A stretch of 64,000 bases of DNA from Candidatus Shapirobacteria bacterium (GCA_030698565.1 JAUYJS010000008.1:15098-79097), one strand, 5' to 3'; positions 1-11,860 are shown, counted from the stretch's first letter. Program-made: numbers and translations. The notes: generated from the letters alone by a model not told the origin.

Positions 1-805
1 TAATCTAATCTTAATCTTGTCTTTAACTTTAAACAAAGCTTGCAGTTCACTAACTTTTTCCCAAGATACTTCAGAGATATGAACTAAACCCTCCAAGTTC
101 AAAAAAGTACCTTTTTGGTCATAGCTAACTTTAACAAAAATACCAAATGGCTCAACCCTAACTATTTCTGCATCAAAAATATCATCTATCTTTAAATTTT
201 CAATGGCACTAACTTCTTCGCCGACCCGACCTGGCTCAGACACCAATCTTTCAGAAAAGACCAATCTATTTTTAGCCTGATCAACTTCCAAAACTTTAAC
301 CTTAATTTTTTTACCAATTAATTTATCTGGATCACCATCATATTTAGATCCAATTTGAGATCCGGGAATAAAACCAAAAAAACCAAATGGAGCAATTACT
401 ACAGTACCACCTCGATTTAATTCTTTGGCAAATACAGCCACCTCGCCACCACTCTTTTCCTTTTCAGAAAAATAATTCCAACCATAACCTGAAGCCGCTC
501 CACGAATCGAAACCAAAATTTGTCCTTTATCATTTTCTGGAGATTTTACTTGAACTTCGATTTCATCGCCAACTTTTAAATCAGCCACATAATCTTTGAC
601 AAATTCAAATTCTTTACCAGCCACCATCGCATCGGTTTTACCACCAATGTCAATATAAATAGCTTTATTCTTTATCGCAATAATTTTACCCTTAACATCT
701 TGACCTTTTTTTAAACCCAAAAGGTCAACACTTTCGCTTTTAAGCAGATCTTCCATACTCAAAATCTCTTCTTTCTTCTTTATCTTTTTTTCTTTCTTAG
801 CCATA
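1..805 (-). CDS. rpsA: 30S ribosomal protein S1 (N-terminal part; gene runs off the window start)
   Basis: Reverse-strand translation from ATG (cat at 803-805) gives MAKKEKKIKKKEEILSMEDLLKSESVDLLGLKKGQDVKGKIIAIK... with at least three S1 RNA-binding repeats (KVGDEIEVQV, GKKIKVKVLEVD, FGIFVKV). It is absent from the ORF track because it is truncated by the window edge. Confidence 0.7.
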
Positions 806-852
806 TGCTTTAAAATTTATCCTTCCGAAGCTCTTATTAGAGCGAAGGAGGA

Positions 853-877
853 CAAAAAACCCCGATTTGATCGGGGG
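853..877 (-). terminator. Rho-independent terminator downstream of 5S rRNA
   Basis: On the minus strand: ccccgatcaaatcgggg followed by tttttt (plus strand aaaaaa at 854-859, stem at 860-876). Confidence 0.5.
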
Positions 878-950
878 TATAGAGGGATTGGGTACCCCAA
901 ACAAATTAATAAGTAAGTTAAATTTCAATTTATTGAATCATTTTTAGTTT

Positions 951-1076
951 CTCGGTTCTGGCCACGACCTATCTTCAAGATCCCTTGCGGAAAGACTATT
1001 GTCAGTGCTAAAACGTTTCACTTCTCTGTTCGGAATGGGAAGAGGTGGTTCCATCTCGCTCCAGTGACCAGAACTG
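951..1076 (-). rRNA. rrf: 5S ribosomal RNA
   Basis: The reverse complement contains the hallmark CCCATTCCGAACAGAGAAGTGAAAC motif. Helix I ends pair (ttctggtca / tggccagaa). Length is about 125 nt. Confidence 0.85.
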
Positions 1077-1209
1077 AAAAACTAAAACAAAGTAATTATA
1101 AACTAATTTCTTGGCCTCTAAATAGAGTTGCCTAATCTGGCTCCTAAACCACAATAGAATTGTAGTCTAAGAGCCATACTATATAAAAAAGATTTCTTCG
1201 ATCTTTCCA

Positions 1210-4180
<2,971 letters not shown>

Positions 4181-4359
4181 TAGTTTTGGCAACTCAATTC
4201 AGTTGCCAAGAAATTGAAAGTCTTATAATTACTTTTTTCGATTCAATAAATTGTTAATGTGCAGTATTCAGTTTAAGGAAATAAATTTCTTTATTTCCTT
4301 ATTTCTAAATATCTCTTAAATGGATTTATCCACCGAAGTTCTGCTTTGCAGAACGTAGG

Positions 4360-4433
4360 TGGACCCAAGGAGAGTCGAACTCCTGATCTCCTCGTTGCAA
4401 ACGAGGCGCTTTAACCAACTGAGCTATGGGCCC
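4360..4433 (-). tRNA. tRNA-Ala (anticodon TGC)
   Basis: Reverse complement is gggcccatagctcagttggttaaagcgcctcgtttgcaacgaggagatcaggagttcgactctccttgggtcca. It folds as a cloverleaf with a 7-bp acceptor stem, anticodon loop tt-TGC-aa and TTCGA T-loop. CCA is not encoded. Confidence 0.9.
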
Positions 4434-4660
4434 AGAGACCATCTTCTACTTTATTAAAAGTGCCAAAAAACAAAAAAACCTGCCAGTCCGGCAGGCTGGC
4501 CGAAAGCTCTTGCTTTCGGCTACTTCAAATCCTTTTAAAACAATTTAATCGGCCCAGTCTAAACCTAAATAAGTTGTTTTTTTGTTATATTTAATAGCTT
4601 TCAGCATTCGCAAGTGTTCATATTCTACAAGATACCCGAGCCTACGTCAATTAGATAAAA

Positions 4661-5302
4661 TCACCAGTTTTTACCCATTTTTGCTTTAGCAAATTCTAGT
4701 CCAATTGGAATTATTGAAATTGCAATAATAACAACTACTACATAATGAAAATTAGCCTTAACAATAGGAAAATTTCCAAAATAAAATCCTCCAAATACAA
4801 ACAGAGCTACCCACACTAAACCACCAATAAAATTAAACCAAATAAATCTCCAATAATTCATTTTACCAACTCCCGCTACAAATGGAGCAAAAGTCCTCAC
4901 TATTGGTACAAACCTAGCCAAAATAATTGCCTTACCCCCATGTTTTTCGTAAAAATTAGTTGCTTTATCCAAATATTCTTTTTTCAAGAATCTGCTATTC
5001 ATGCTAAAAGCCCGAGGACCAATAAAATGACCAATCCAATAATTTATTGTATCACCCAAAAAAGCCGCCAAAAACAACAATAAAAATAAAATATAAACAT
5101 TAAAAGAACCAATTGCCGCCAAAGCCCCAGCCGCGAACAAAAGTGAATCACCTGGTAAAAATGGGGTAATTACAAAACCGGTTTCCATAAAAACCACCCC
5201 AAACAAAATTGCATAACTAAGCATTCCGTAATTTTGAATTACCAAAACCAAATTTTTATCTATATGCAAAAACAAATCAACCAAGTATTTTAAAATTGTC
5301 AT
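4661..5302 (-). CDS. DedA/SNARE-associated family membrane protein
   Basis: 213-aa ORF with typical DedA motifs (FMETGFVITPFLPGDSLLFAAGALAA ... ARFVPIVRTFAPFVAGVGKM). Confidence 0.75.
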   Translation of the reverse strand: MTILKYLVDLFLHIDKNLVLVIQNYGMLSYAILFGVVFMETGFVITPFLPGDSLLFAAGALAAIGSFNVYILFLLLFLAAFLGDTINYWIGHFIGPRAFSMNSRFLKKEYLDKATNFYEKHGGKAIILARFVPIVRTFAPFVAGVGKMNYWRFIWFNFIGGLVWVALFVFGGFYFGNFPIVKANFHYVVVVIIAISIIPIGLEFAKAKMGKNW

Positions 5303-5441
5303 AAAGCATTTTAGTCCCTCTGGCTAATCTTTTCCAGACCAAATTTTACTGTCCGCCAAATATTGTTAGCGCTTCCAAACAAAATCAACACCACTGCTCC
5401 CATTAATCCTACAATTCTAAAGTAGTTCCATTTTTTCATAG

Positions 5442-5515
5442 TGGGCAATAGTAGACTCGAACTACTGACCCCCGTCTTATCAGGACGGTGCTCTAACCAA
5501 CTGAGCTAATTGCCC
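5442..5515 (-). tRNA. tRNA-Ile (anticodon GAT)
   Basis: Reverse complement is gggcaattagctcagttggttagagcaccgtcctgataagacgggggtcagtagttcgagtctactattgcccac. Anticodon loop is ct-GAT-aa with a TTCGAGT T-loop. Confidence 0.9.
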
Positions 5516-5644
5516 TAAATTATTTTTAAAGTGTGCTCTAATTTACCATGCCGAAGTTCTGCTTTACAGAACGAAGGCTGGCCAACTGACCTGCCCGCCA
5601 GACTGCGAAGCTGTCGGTGGGGCTAATTGCCCTTAATTTCAAAA

Positions 5645-6595
5645 TTAGTATATCACAGCTTTTTCCACTAAAATCTCCACAACTGCTTTAGCTGTATTTA
5701 TTTTAGTTGCTTTTTCAAAACCCTGAAATTGGCACTGTCTGTTTACTTCTAAAACATAGCTATTATCAAACTCATCTTTCATTATATCCACCCCACAATA
5801 ATCCAACCCACACACCTGTGCCACTTTTTCCGCCAATTCGCTATCTTCTTTGGAAATTTCCCAGCTTTCTACCTCTCCGCCCAAAGAAAAATTACTCCTA
5901 AATTCATCGCCAACTGCCGATCGTTTCATCGCTCCCAATGTTTTTCCACCCAGAACAATAACTCTCATATCCCATCTGGTCGACAAGCATTTCTGCCACA
6001 GATACATTCCCAAGCTCTTTTCATCAATTTTCTTAAGCACCGTTTTTAATTCTTTTTCGTTATTAATTTTTCGAACACTTTTTCCCTGAAACCCTCTTTC
6101 ATGTTTACAAATAATTGGATATTCCCAACCAAAAAAAGTATTTCTCCCATTTTCAAGGGGAGATGTCCGTAGGACAGAGGGGTTTAGAACTTGTTCTCTT
6201 GTATAAAAGATTTTGGTCGGTACCACCGAAATATCATTCACCACAAATACCCCATGTTGAGAAATTTTTCCCATTCTCGGCCAACTCAAATAACTCACTT
6301 CATTAGCACAAAAAATTTTATCTTTCAAAAGTTTTAGCAGTAAATTTCTACCTTCAATATATTTACCCGATTCAGTTCCAGCCACTCGGCACCACACCGC
6401 CAAAGTATTTTCTTCATTAATTTCTTTACCACATGCCAAAACTTTAGTTTTTCCATTTTCCACTTCAAAACTTAATTCTTTATACAACACTCGACTAACC
6501 TCCACTCCCAATTTTCCTGCCTCTTCTACTAATCTATTTACCTCATAGCTACTTTGCTGTGCTGACATGGTCAACACTAAAATTTTTTTATTCAT
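5645..6595 (-). CDS. RimK-family ATP-grasp amino-acid ligase (alpha-L-glutamate-ligase-like)
   Basis: 316 aa. The C-terminal half matches the RimK ATP-grasp core (RVIVLGGKTLGAMKRSAVGDEFRSNFSLGGEVE..VCGLDYCGVDIM...VLEVN). It contains one in-frame repeat-derived insert, LNPSVLRTSPLENGRNT. Confidence 0.7.
   Translation of the reverse strand: MNKKILVLTMSAQQSSYEVNRLVEEAGKLGVEVSRVLYKELSFEVENGKTKVLACGKEINEENTLAVWCRVAGTESGKYIEGRNLLLKLLKDKIFCANEVSYLSWPRMGKISQHGVFVVNDISVVPTKIFYTREQVLNPSVLRTSPLENGRNTFFGWEYPIICKHERGFQGKSVRKINNEKELKTVLKKIDEKSLGMYLWQKCLSTRWDMRVIVLGGKTLGAMKRSAVGDEFRSNFSLGGEVESWEISKEDSELAEKVAQVCGLDYCGVDIMKDEFDNSYVLEVNRQCQFQGFEKATKINTAKAVVEILVEKAVIY
6139..6188. repeat. Palindromic repeat copy A (diverged), in frame inside the CDS 5645-6595
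   Basis: tatttctcccattttcaaggggagatgtccgtaggacagaggggttta. Same architecture as copies B-D: a ctcccc/ggggag hairpin plus a gagggg tail. Confidence 0.8.
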
Positions 6596-6609
6596 ATGTT
6601 TATATGTAC

Positions 6610-6629
6610 GGGCGATTCATGAATCGCCC
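6610..6629. terminator. Intergenic GC palindrome gggcgattcatgaatcgccc (family copy 1)
   Basis: Perfect 9-bp arms (gggcgattc/gaatcgccc) with a 2-nt loop, lying between two minus-strand ATP-grasp genes. Confidence 0.5.
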
Positions 6630-6636
6630 CTACGAA

Positions 6637-7650
6637 TTATTTTTTCAATCCAACTAAAAATTTAACTATTTCCGCAGGTACATCAATTCCCGTTGCCTTC
6701 ATAAAACCTTTAAACTGAGGTCCTTTATTAACTTCCCAAATTACAGGTTTATTTATATCATAATTTCTAAAAGCCACATCGACTCCGGCCACCCACAACC
6801 CACACACCTCCGCCGCTTTAACCGCTAAATCTTCAATTTCTTTGGGTAATTTAGCTACTTCCACCCTTCCTCCCGCACTATAATTATTTAAAAAATGATT
6901 CTTAGGAGCCGAACGTTTAATCACCCCAAGTACCTTTTTTCCCAAAACCAACACCCGGTAGTCCCCATCATTTTCAATATATTCTTGCAACATATATCTT
7001 CGGCCTTCTTCTGTTTCTGACTTTCTCAAATCCATCACCAATTTTTCTAATTCAGCCAAATTATTAGCCTTAAAAACCCTCGTTCCCCTATCCCCACCAC
7101 TACCCTTGAGAATTACTGGAAAAGTAAAAAAATATTTCTCCCCTTTATCAAGGGGAGATGTCGCAGCAGCGACAGAGGGGTTTTTCTGTTCTGTCTCTTT
7201 CATAAATTCATACAAATACCACAAACTACCATAAACAGTTTTAGGCACATCAATTCCCGCTCGCTTCATCACCAACATTTGGTAAGCCTTACACGTATCC
7301 GAAGGCCTACCTTTCAAAACCAACGGATCCACCACAACTGGCGTTTTATATTTCTCCCCTTTATCAAGGGGAGATGTCGCAGCAGCGACAGAGGGGTTTT
7401 TCACCGAATCTAAAATCAAATTTACTTCTTCCCAGTGTTTTCCTGTTGTTCTAAAAAACAAAACATCATAATCTTTAATATTTTTTTTTCTTCTTAATTT
7501 TACTTCCCCAAAATCAGTATCAAAACAAACTTCATTATAAGACACCAAATCCAAAACCACCCCCAGTTTCTTCGCCGCTCTTTTTATCATCATCAAATGC
7601 TGACTAACTTTTCCTCCAAAAAATAGGGCAATTCTTGTTTTTTTATTCAT
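6637..7650 (-). CDS. RimK-family ATP-grasp ligase carrying two identical in-frame repeat insertions
   Basis: 337 aa. The RimK-like C-terminus is YRVLVLGKKVLGVIKRSAPKNHFLNNYSAGGRVE...GVDVAF...IWEVNKGPQFKGF. The peptide KNPSVAAATSPLDKGEKY occurs twice and is encoded by two identical ~54-nt DNA repeats. Confidence 0.7.
   Translation of the reverse strand: MNKKTRIALFFGGKVSQHLMMIKRAAKKLGVVLDLVSYNEVCFDTDFGEVKLRRKKNIKDYDVLFFRTTGKHWEEVNLILDSVKNPSVAAATSPLDKGEKYKTPVVVDPLVLKGRPSDTCKAYQMLVMKRAGIDVPKTVYGSLWYLYEFMKETEQKNPSVAAATSPLDKGEKYFFTFPVILKGSGGDRGTRVFKANNLAELEKLVMDLRKSETEEGRRYMLQEYIENDGDYRVLVLGKKVLGVIKRSAPKNHFLNNYSAGGRVEVAKLPKEIEDLAVKAAEVCGLWVAGVDVAFRNYDINKPVIWEVNKGPQFKGFMKATGIDVPAEIVKFLVGLKK
7133..7186. 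repeat. Palindromic repeat copy B, in frame inside the CDS 6637-7650
   Basis: tatttctcccctttatcaaggggagatgtcgcagcagcgacagaggggttttt, identical to copy C. Confidence 0.85.
7347..7402. repeat. Palindromic repeat copy C, in frame inside the CDS 6637-7650
   Basis: Identical to copy B. On the coding strand it encodes KNPSVAAATSPLDKGEKY. Confidence 0.85.
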
Positions 7651-7665
7651 ATTTTTATTTATAAT

Positions 7666-7716
7666 TATTTCTCCCCTTTTTAAGGGGAGATACGGCGAAT
7701 GCCGAGAGGGGTTTAG
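7666..7716. repeat. Palindromic repeat copy D, intergenic, overlapping the stop codon of 7713-9038
   Basis: attatttctccccttttttaaggggagatacggcgaatgccgagaggggtttagc. It may double as a terminator hairpin. Confidence 0.75.
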
Positions 7717-9038
7717 CTTTTTGCCGAAATTAAAAACCCTCCCAAATCTTTTCTACCCAATAAAAATTTGGTTCTCAATTTATGTCGATCAGCCACATTG
7801 ACTGCGGTCACAATTTTCCGACCGTTTAACCAAAAAGTCAAACCCACCACTGGCCGATCATTATTTTTACCTAAAGCTGATTTATAATGCCGATAATACA
7901 ATATTTTATTTTCATCCAAAAGACCTAGTTCTTGAGCTAAAACTCTATCTATTGAACTCCTATAAGCTCCGGTATCGATCTTAGCCGTCACCTCTTTGAA
8001 ATTTTTCTTGCCTTTTCCAGTTTTAATTTTAATATTTTCCAAAGGACCTACTAACTTAACCTTTTCTTTTTCCTCAACTTTATCAGAGAAACTTTCACCA
8101 AATAAATATTTAGCCAAAGTAATGGCGTGTTCTGTACTTCTAACTTCTATTTCTTCCAGTTTATCCATCCTCGCTTTTAACCCCGCCTTATTGCATATTT
8201 GAATCGATAAACCCGGCCTAGCATTAACTTCCAAAACCATTGGCCCTTTTTCTTTATCCAACACCACATCCACACCCAAAAACCCCAAACCCGGAATAGC
8301 CTTTTGACAATTTACTGCTGTTTCCAAAATCTCTTTCCAAAAAGGAATTTTTATACCATTAACTTTTCTCATTTTCTTTTTGCCATAATCATAAATTCGT
8401 CTTATCGGTTCTCCCTTACCTTCAATTCCAAAAGTGGTAATTCCCGAAGCCAGATCAATCCCCAAACCCACCGCCCCCTGTTGTAAATTCGCCTTACCAC
8501 CACTTTTTTCTGTTGGAATTCTAAACATGGCCATTACCGGCACTTTGTTGTAGACAATTACCCGAATATCCGGCGTCCCGACCTTAGTAATCGCCAAAAA
8601 CATCGGATGAATTCTAATTCTCTCTTCCACCAAAACCGGATCCGATGCTCCGTGCATACTATAACGACCTGCCAAAACATCTTGACAATGAAGTTTAATA
8701 TCTTGAGTAGTTATAATCTGGCCATTCATTTTCTGCCATTCACCAGCCCATTTGGCTCTGCGTCGAATAATTATAATTCCCTCACCACCGTATCCTGATT
8801 CCGGTTTGATCACAAAATTTCCTTCCAAATCTTCCCAGCGAAAGTTATCTAATTCTTCAATCGTCTTAAATCTTTTGATTAGCAAAGGCACACCAATATT
8901 TGCTTTGGCCAATATCTTCTTAGTTCTATATTTACTATCCGCTACCATCCGATCAGCCGTTGTATTTTTTCTCAAATAAACCTTATTCCTTTCGTTTTTA
9001 GTTAAAAACTGACGATAAGGTTTCAAAAAGGCAAACAT
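7713..9038 (-). CDS. ATP-grasp domain protein fused to a C-terminal retropepsin-like (Zn_protease / RimK-associated aspartic peptidase) domain
   Basis: 441 aa. The N-terminal ATP-grasp signature is FVIKPESGYGGEGIIII ... MVLEVNARPGLS. The C-terminal IDTGAYRSSID carries the D-T-G-A retropepsin catalytic motif. Confidence 0.6.
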   Translation of the reverse strand: MFAFLKPYRQFLTKNERNKVYLRKNTTADRMVADSKYRTKKILAKANIGVPLLIKRFKTIEELDNFRWEDLEGNFVIKPESGYGGEGIIIIRRRAKWAGEWQKMNGQIITTQDIKLHCQDVLAGRYSMHGASDPVLVEERIRIHPMFLAITKVGTPDIRVIVYNKVPVMAMFRIPTEKSGGKANLQQGAVGLGIDLASGITTFGIEGKGEPIRRIYDYGKKKMRKVNGIKIPFWKEILETAVNCQKAIPGLGFLGVDVVLDKEKGPMVLEVNARPGLSIQICNKAGLKARMDKLEEIEVRSTEHAITLAKYLFGESFSDKVEEKEKVKLVGPLENIKIKTGKGKKNFKEVTAKIDTGAYRSSIDRVLAQELGLLDENKILYYRHYKSALGKNNDRPVVGLTFWLNGRKIVTAVNVADRHKLRTKFLLGRKDLGGFLISAKS

Positions 9039-9040
9039 AT

Positions 9041-9925
9041 CTACTTCTTTTTGTTCGAATCTCTAATCGCACTTTTAAACCTATTAAACTCAGCCAATCT
9101 TATCCCAGTATAATTCCCCACCACTAAATTGATAATTAATACCATTAATACCATTAATTCAGGATTGTATAAAATAATATTTTGAATCCAATTAAAGTTC
9201 ATAGTAATTGACCCAAAAATAGCCAATATTAACGTTCCCACAGTTAAGCTTCTGGCTTCCTTTCGACTTTTTACCAATTGAGTCCGCACAAATTCTTCCG
9301 CCAAAAGCACCATAAACAGAATTGGGAAAATAGAAATCTGACTCAAATCGACAAGTTTAAAAAACGAAGTAATCAGCATTAATCCAAATGTCCCCAAAGA
9401 AATAAACAAAAGATTGATTGATCTGGCTGGCCAAAAATGAATTCTTAATCGTCTTAAAATTAGATTAGACAATAACGATACTATTAATATCATGGCGAAC
9501 AAAAGCAATCCACCAAAAATACCCGTCGCCAAAAAGGTAATCGCAATCATCGTCGGCATAAAAGTCCCATAACCAGTCAAACCAAAAATATAGTGCAACA
9601 CCGACACTAAAGTAGCAATCAACGGCAACATCAATAGTAGAACTATAGTGTTTGTCGCCACTCCCCGAGTCATTGCCCACTTAATTAATATTCTAATAGT
9701 ATTAAATCCATTCCATTTACCTACATCATAACGCACCTGTTTAATTTCTGGTTCGGTAATATTGGCTGAAACTTCAGCCACCACAGTCGGCACTATTGTA
9801 GGCGACACACTAGTTACTGTTGGAGTAACAGATGTTTTTCCGGTAACTGCCAATATTTGGCTTCCACAAAACAAACTCAATAGTATTAATACTGAAATTA
9901 GGAAAATGGGGGTAATTTTTCTCAT
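9041..9925 (-). CDS. Polytopic (about 7-TM) membrane protein with signal peptide; candidate 7TM partner of the ATP-grasp/retropepsin system
   Basis: 294 aa. N-terminal signal peptide, then a Thr/Val/Pro-rich segment and about 7 hydrophobic helices. Its stop is 2 nt from the start of the ATP-grasp-retropepsin gene, so they are probably co-transcribed. Confidence 0.45.
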   Translation of the reverse strand: MRKITPIFLISVLILLSLFCGSQILAVTGKTSVTPTVTSVSPTIVPTVVAEVSANITEPEIKQVRYDVGKWNGFNTIRILIKWAMTRGVATNTIVLLLMLPLIATLVSVLHYIFGLTGYGTFMPTMIAITFLATGIFGGLLLFAMILIVSLLSNLILRRLRIHFWPARSINLLFISLGTFGLMLITSFFKLVDLSQISIFPILFMVLLAEEFVRTQLVKSRKEARSLTVGTLILAIFGSITMNFNWIQNIILYNPELMVLMVLIINLVVGNYTGIRLAEFNRFKSAIRDSNKKK

Positions 9926-10010
9926 ATGTTCGGTAGTTTATATTTTTTTAAAGTGTAAACGTTGCGTATTATATCACCAATTAGCTATCCACCTATTATC
10001 ACCTATTTAG

Positions 10011-10018
10011 TGTATAAT
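10011..10018 (+). promoter_or_regulatory. Extended -10 promoter element TGTATAAT, 10 nt upstream of the ATG at 10029
   Basis: tttagTGTATAATttccatatctATG. No Shine-Dalgarno is visible, suggesting a leaderless or near-leaderless transcript. Confidence 0.35.
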
Positions 10019-10028
10019 TTCCATATCT

Positions 10029-10358
10029 ATGACACAGTTACTCGCCGTAAACATAGGGGAGATCCCTCTGAGAACCGGTCAAAGTCTCGCAACTACTTAT
10101 CCAACAGTGTCTATTCTTTTCTCAATTATTATCAAAAATGCCCTTACTATAGTTGGTCTTATTTTTCTTGGCCTTTTGATTTACGGCGGTCTTTCTTATA
10201 TAATCGGTGCAGGTAGTGATGATGCCAAAAAAGCCGAACAAGCTAAGGGAATTATAACTAACGCTTTAATCGGATTTGCGATAGTCTTTCTAAGCTACTT
10301 TATAATCCAAATAATACAAATTATTACCGGAATTGACATCCTTAATCCAACTCTTTAA
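10029..10358 (+). CDS. Small two-helix membrane protein, VirB2/TrbC-like T4SS pilin candidate (paralog 1 of 6)
   Basis: 109 aa. Hydrophobic helix, then a charged loop (GAGSDDAKKAEQAKGIITNALIGFAIVF), then a second helix. Motif G(G/A)xxYIxSxGDxxKxxxAxxxITNAxIG is shared with the 5 downstream paralogs. Confidence 0.5.
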   Translation: MTQLLAVNIGEIPLRTGQSLATTYPTVSILFSIIIKNALTIVGLIFLGLLIYGGLSYIIGAGSDDAKKAEQAKGIITNALIGFAIVFLSYFIIQIIQIITGIDILNPTL

Positions 10359-10701
10359 ACCAAAATTAATATTAGCCGCTGACCCATTATTTGGTTCAGT
10401 TTCTAATCCAACCAAATACAATAGTAAGAACGGAGAAGGTCTCTTTCTTTTTTTAAGTAATATTTTCAAATTAATAGCCGTTATTGGCGGTATTTTTTTA
10501 ATTTTCCAAATAATTATGGCTGGTTTTGCCTATATTTCAGCCAGTGGTGATCCCAAAAAAACCGAAGCCGCTTGGACCAAAATTTGGCAAAGCATCCTCG
10601 GCTTACTCATTATTGCTTCAGCCTTTATTATTGCCGGTGTTGTTGAACGACTAACTGGCATCAATATTATTAATCCTGTCATTTATGGTCCAACTAATTA
10701 A
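10333..10701 (+). CDS. VirB2/TrbC-like pilin candidate (paralog 2)
   Basis: 122 aa with AGFAYISASGDPKKTEAAWTKIWQSILGLLIIASAFII. The start is uncertain because the ORF overlaps the previous one by 26 nt. Confidence 0.45.
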   Translation: MTSLIQLFKPKLILAADPLFGSVSNPTKYNSKNGEGLFLFLSNIFKLIAVIGGIFLIFQIIMAGFAYISASGDPKKTEAAWTKIWQSILGLLIIASAFIIAGVVERLTGINIINPVIYGPTN

Positions 10702-11050
10702 ACCGATTTTAGCTATAGGTAGTACTTCTTTTTCCTTAACCGGTCCAGGTATTGATCCTGGCACCGACCCCACTACAAAACTTGAAACTGTTATAAGCAA
10801 CACCATTGCTGTTTTAACCATTGTCGCTGTTATATTTTTCGTTTTACAAATTATTTTTGCCGGTTACGCTTTTATTTCTTCCCGTGGTGATGAAAAAAAA
10901 TTGGAAATTGCCAAGGACAGATTAACCAACAATGTCTTAGGCTTATTTATAGTTGTAGTTGCCGTTGGCTTAGGCGCCTTAATTGCCAAATTAGTCGGTA
11001 TACCCAATATTCTCGATCTAAATCAAACATTTACCAAAATGGGATTATAA
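10685..11050 (+). CDS. VirB2/TrbC-like pilin candidate (paralog 3)
   Basis: 121 aa with AGYAFISSRGDEKKLEIAKDRLTNNVLGLFIVVVAV. Confidence 0.45.
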   Translation: MVQLIKPILAIGSTSFSLTGPGIDPGTDPTTKLETVISNTIAVLTIVAVIFFVLQIIFAGYAFISSRGDEKKLEIAKDRLTNNVLGLFIVVVAVGLGALIAKLVGIPNILDLNQTFTKMGL

Positions 11051-11056
11051 AAAAAT

Positions 11057-11383
11057 ATGATTACCAATCCTCTTCTAAAAAACAACGACACTATAGTCAC
11101 CAACCCAAATGCCTATGTTAGCAACGTTATTGGTGCCGTTATTTCTATCTTTTTTATCGTGGGCATCATTTACTTCACCTGGAATGTCGTTTTTGCTGGT
11201 TACCATATGATCAACTCCCAAGGAGAGAGCAAAAAAGTCGAAGAAGCCAGAAGTCACTTAACCAATGCTGTTATTGGTATTTTTGTCGTCTTTTCTATTT
11301 TTGCTCTTCTCAAATTAGTTATTACCATTTTAGGCTTAAATATCGATACTAATAATCTCTTAATTTCACTACCATCCCTTTAA
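11057..11383 (+). CDS. VirB2/TrbC-like pilin candidate (paralog 4)
   Basis: 108 aa with AGYHMINSQGESKKVEEARSHLTNAVIGIFVVFSIF. Confidence 0.45.
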   Translation: MITNPLLKNNDTIVTNPNAYVSNVIGAVISIFFIVGIIYFTWNVVFAGYHMINSQGESKKVEEARSHLTNAVIGIFVVFSIFALLKLVITILGLNIDTNNLLISLPSL

Positions 11384-11446
11384 TATTTAAATAAATCCTG
11401 ATACAATAAATTATTATTTACAAATTAATATAAAAACCCAACAAAA

Positions 11447-11836
11447 ATGATCAAAAAAATAGCTAACCGCCTAAAAATGTTCTCTTTAATTCCTTCTGTT
11501 TACGCTGCAGGCGAGACAATTCAAATAGCTCCAACAGATACGGTTTGGGATAAGATTGTCAAAAACCTGACCGTCGGTAGTATAATTGGCGGCTTAATTA
11601 ATTTAGTGTTAATTGTTGCTTCGTTAATTTTCTTCTTTATCTTGGTCATTGGCGGTATCAAATGGATTGTTTCCAATGGCGATGAAAAAAGTGTCGAAAG
11701 TGCCCGATCTCAAATAACCAATGCCCTCATCGGTTTAGCTATCGTTTTTGCTGCCTGGGCAATCCTAAAGTTAATCGGTATACTTTTTGGACTTGATCTT
11801 ACTTCTGGATTCACCGTCCCTACATTTACAAAATAA
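11447..11836 (+). CDS. VirB2/TrbC-like pilin candidate (paralog 5)
   Basis: 129 aa with GGIKWIVSNGDEKSVESARSQITNALIGLAIVFAAWAILKLI. Confidence 0.45.
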   Translation: MIKKIANRLKMFSLIPSVYAAGETIQIAPTDTVWDKIVKNLTVGSIIGGLINLVLIVASLIFFFILVIGGIKWIVSNGDEKSVESARSQITNALIGLAIVFAAWAILKLIGILFGLDLTSGFTVPTFTK

Positions 11837-11860
11837 TTTCTGAAAAGTTAATTAATCAAT

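Noticed and set aside
387-599. 70-aa plus-strand ORF
   Set aside because: It is antisense to the well-supported S1-domain reading frame of rpsA on the minus strand, and its translation has no plausible protein features.
5707-6306. Plus-strand ORFs 5707-5901, 5850-6089, 6115-6306
   Set aside because: Shadow ORFs antisense to the RimK-like ATP-grasp gene. Their translations are Pro/Leu/Ser-rich with low complexity.
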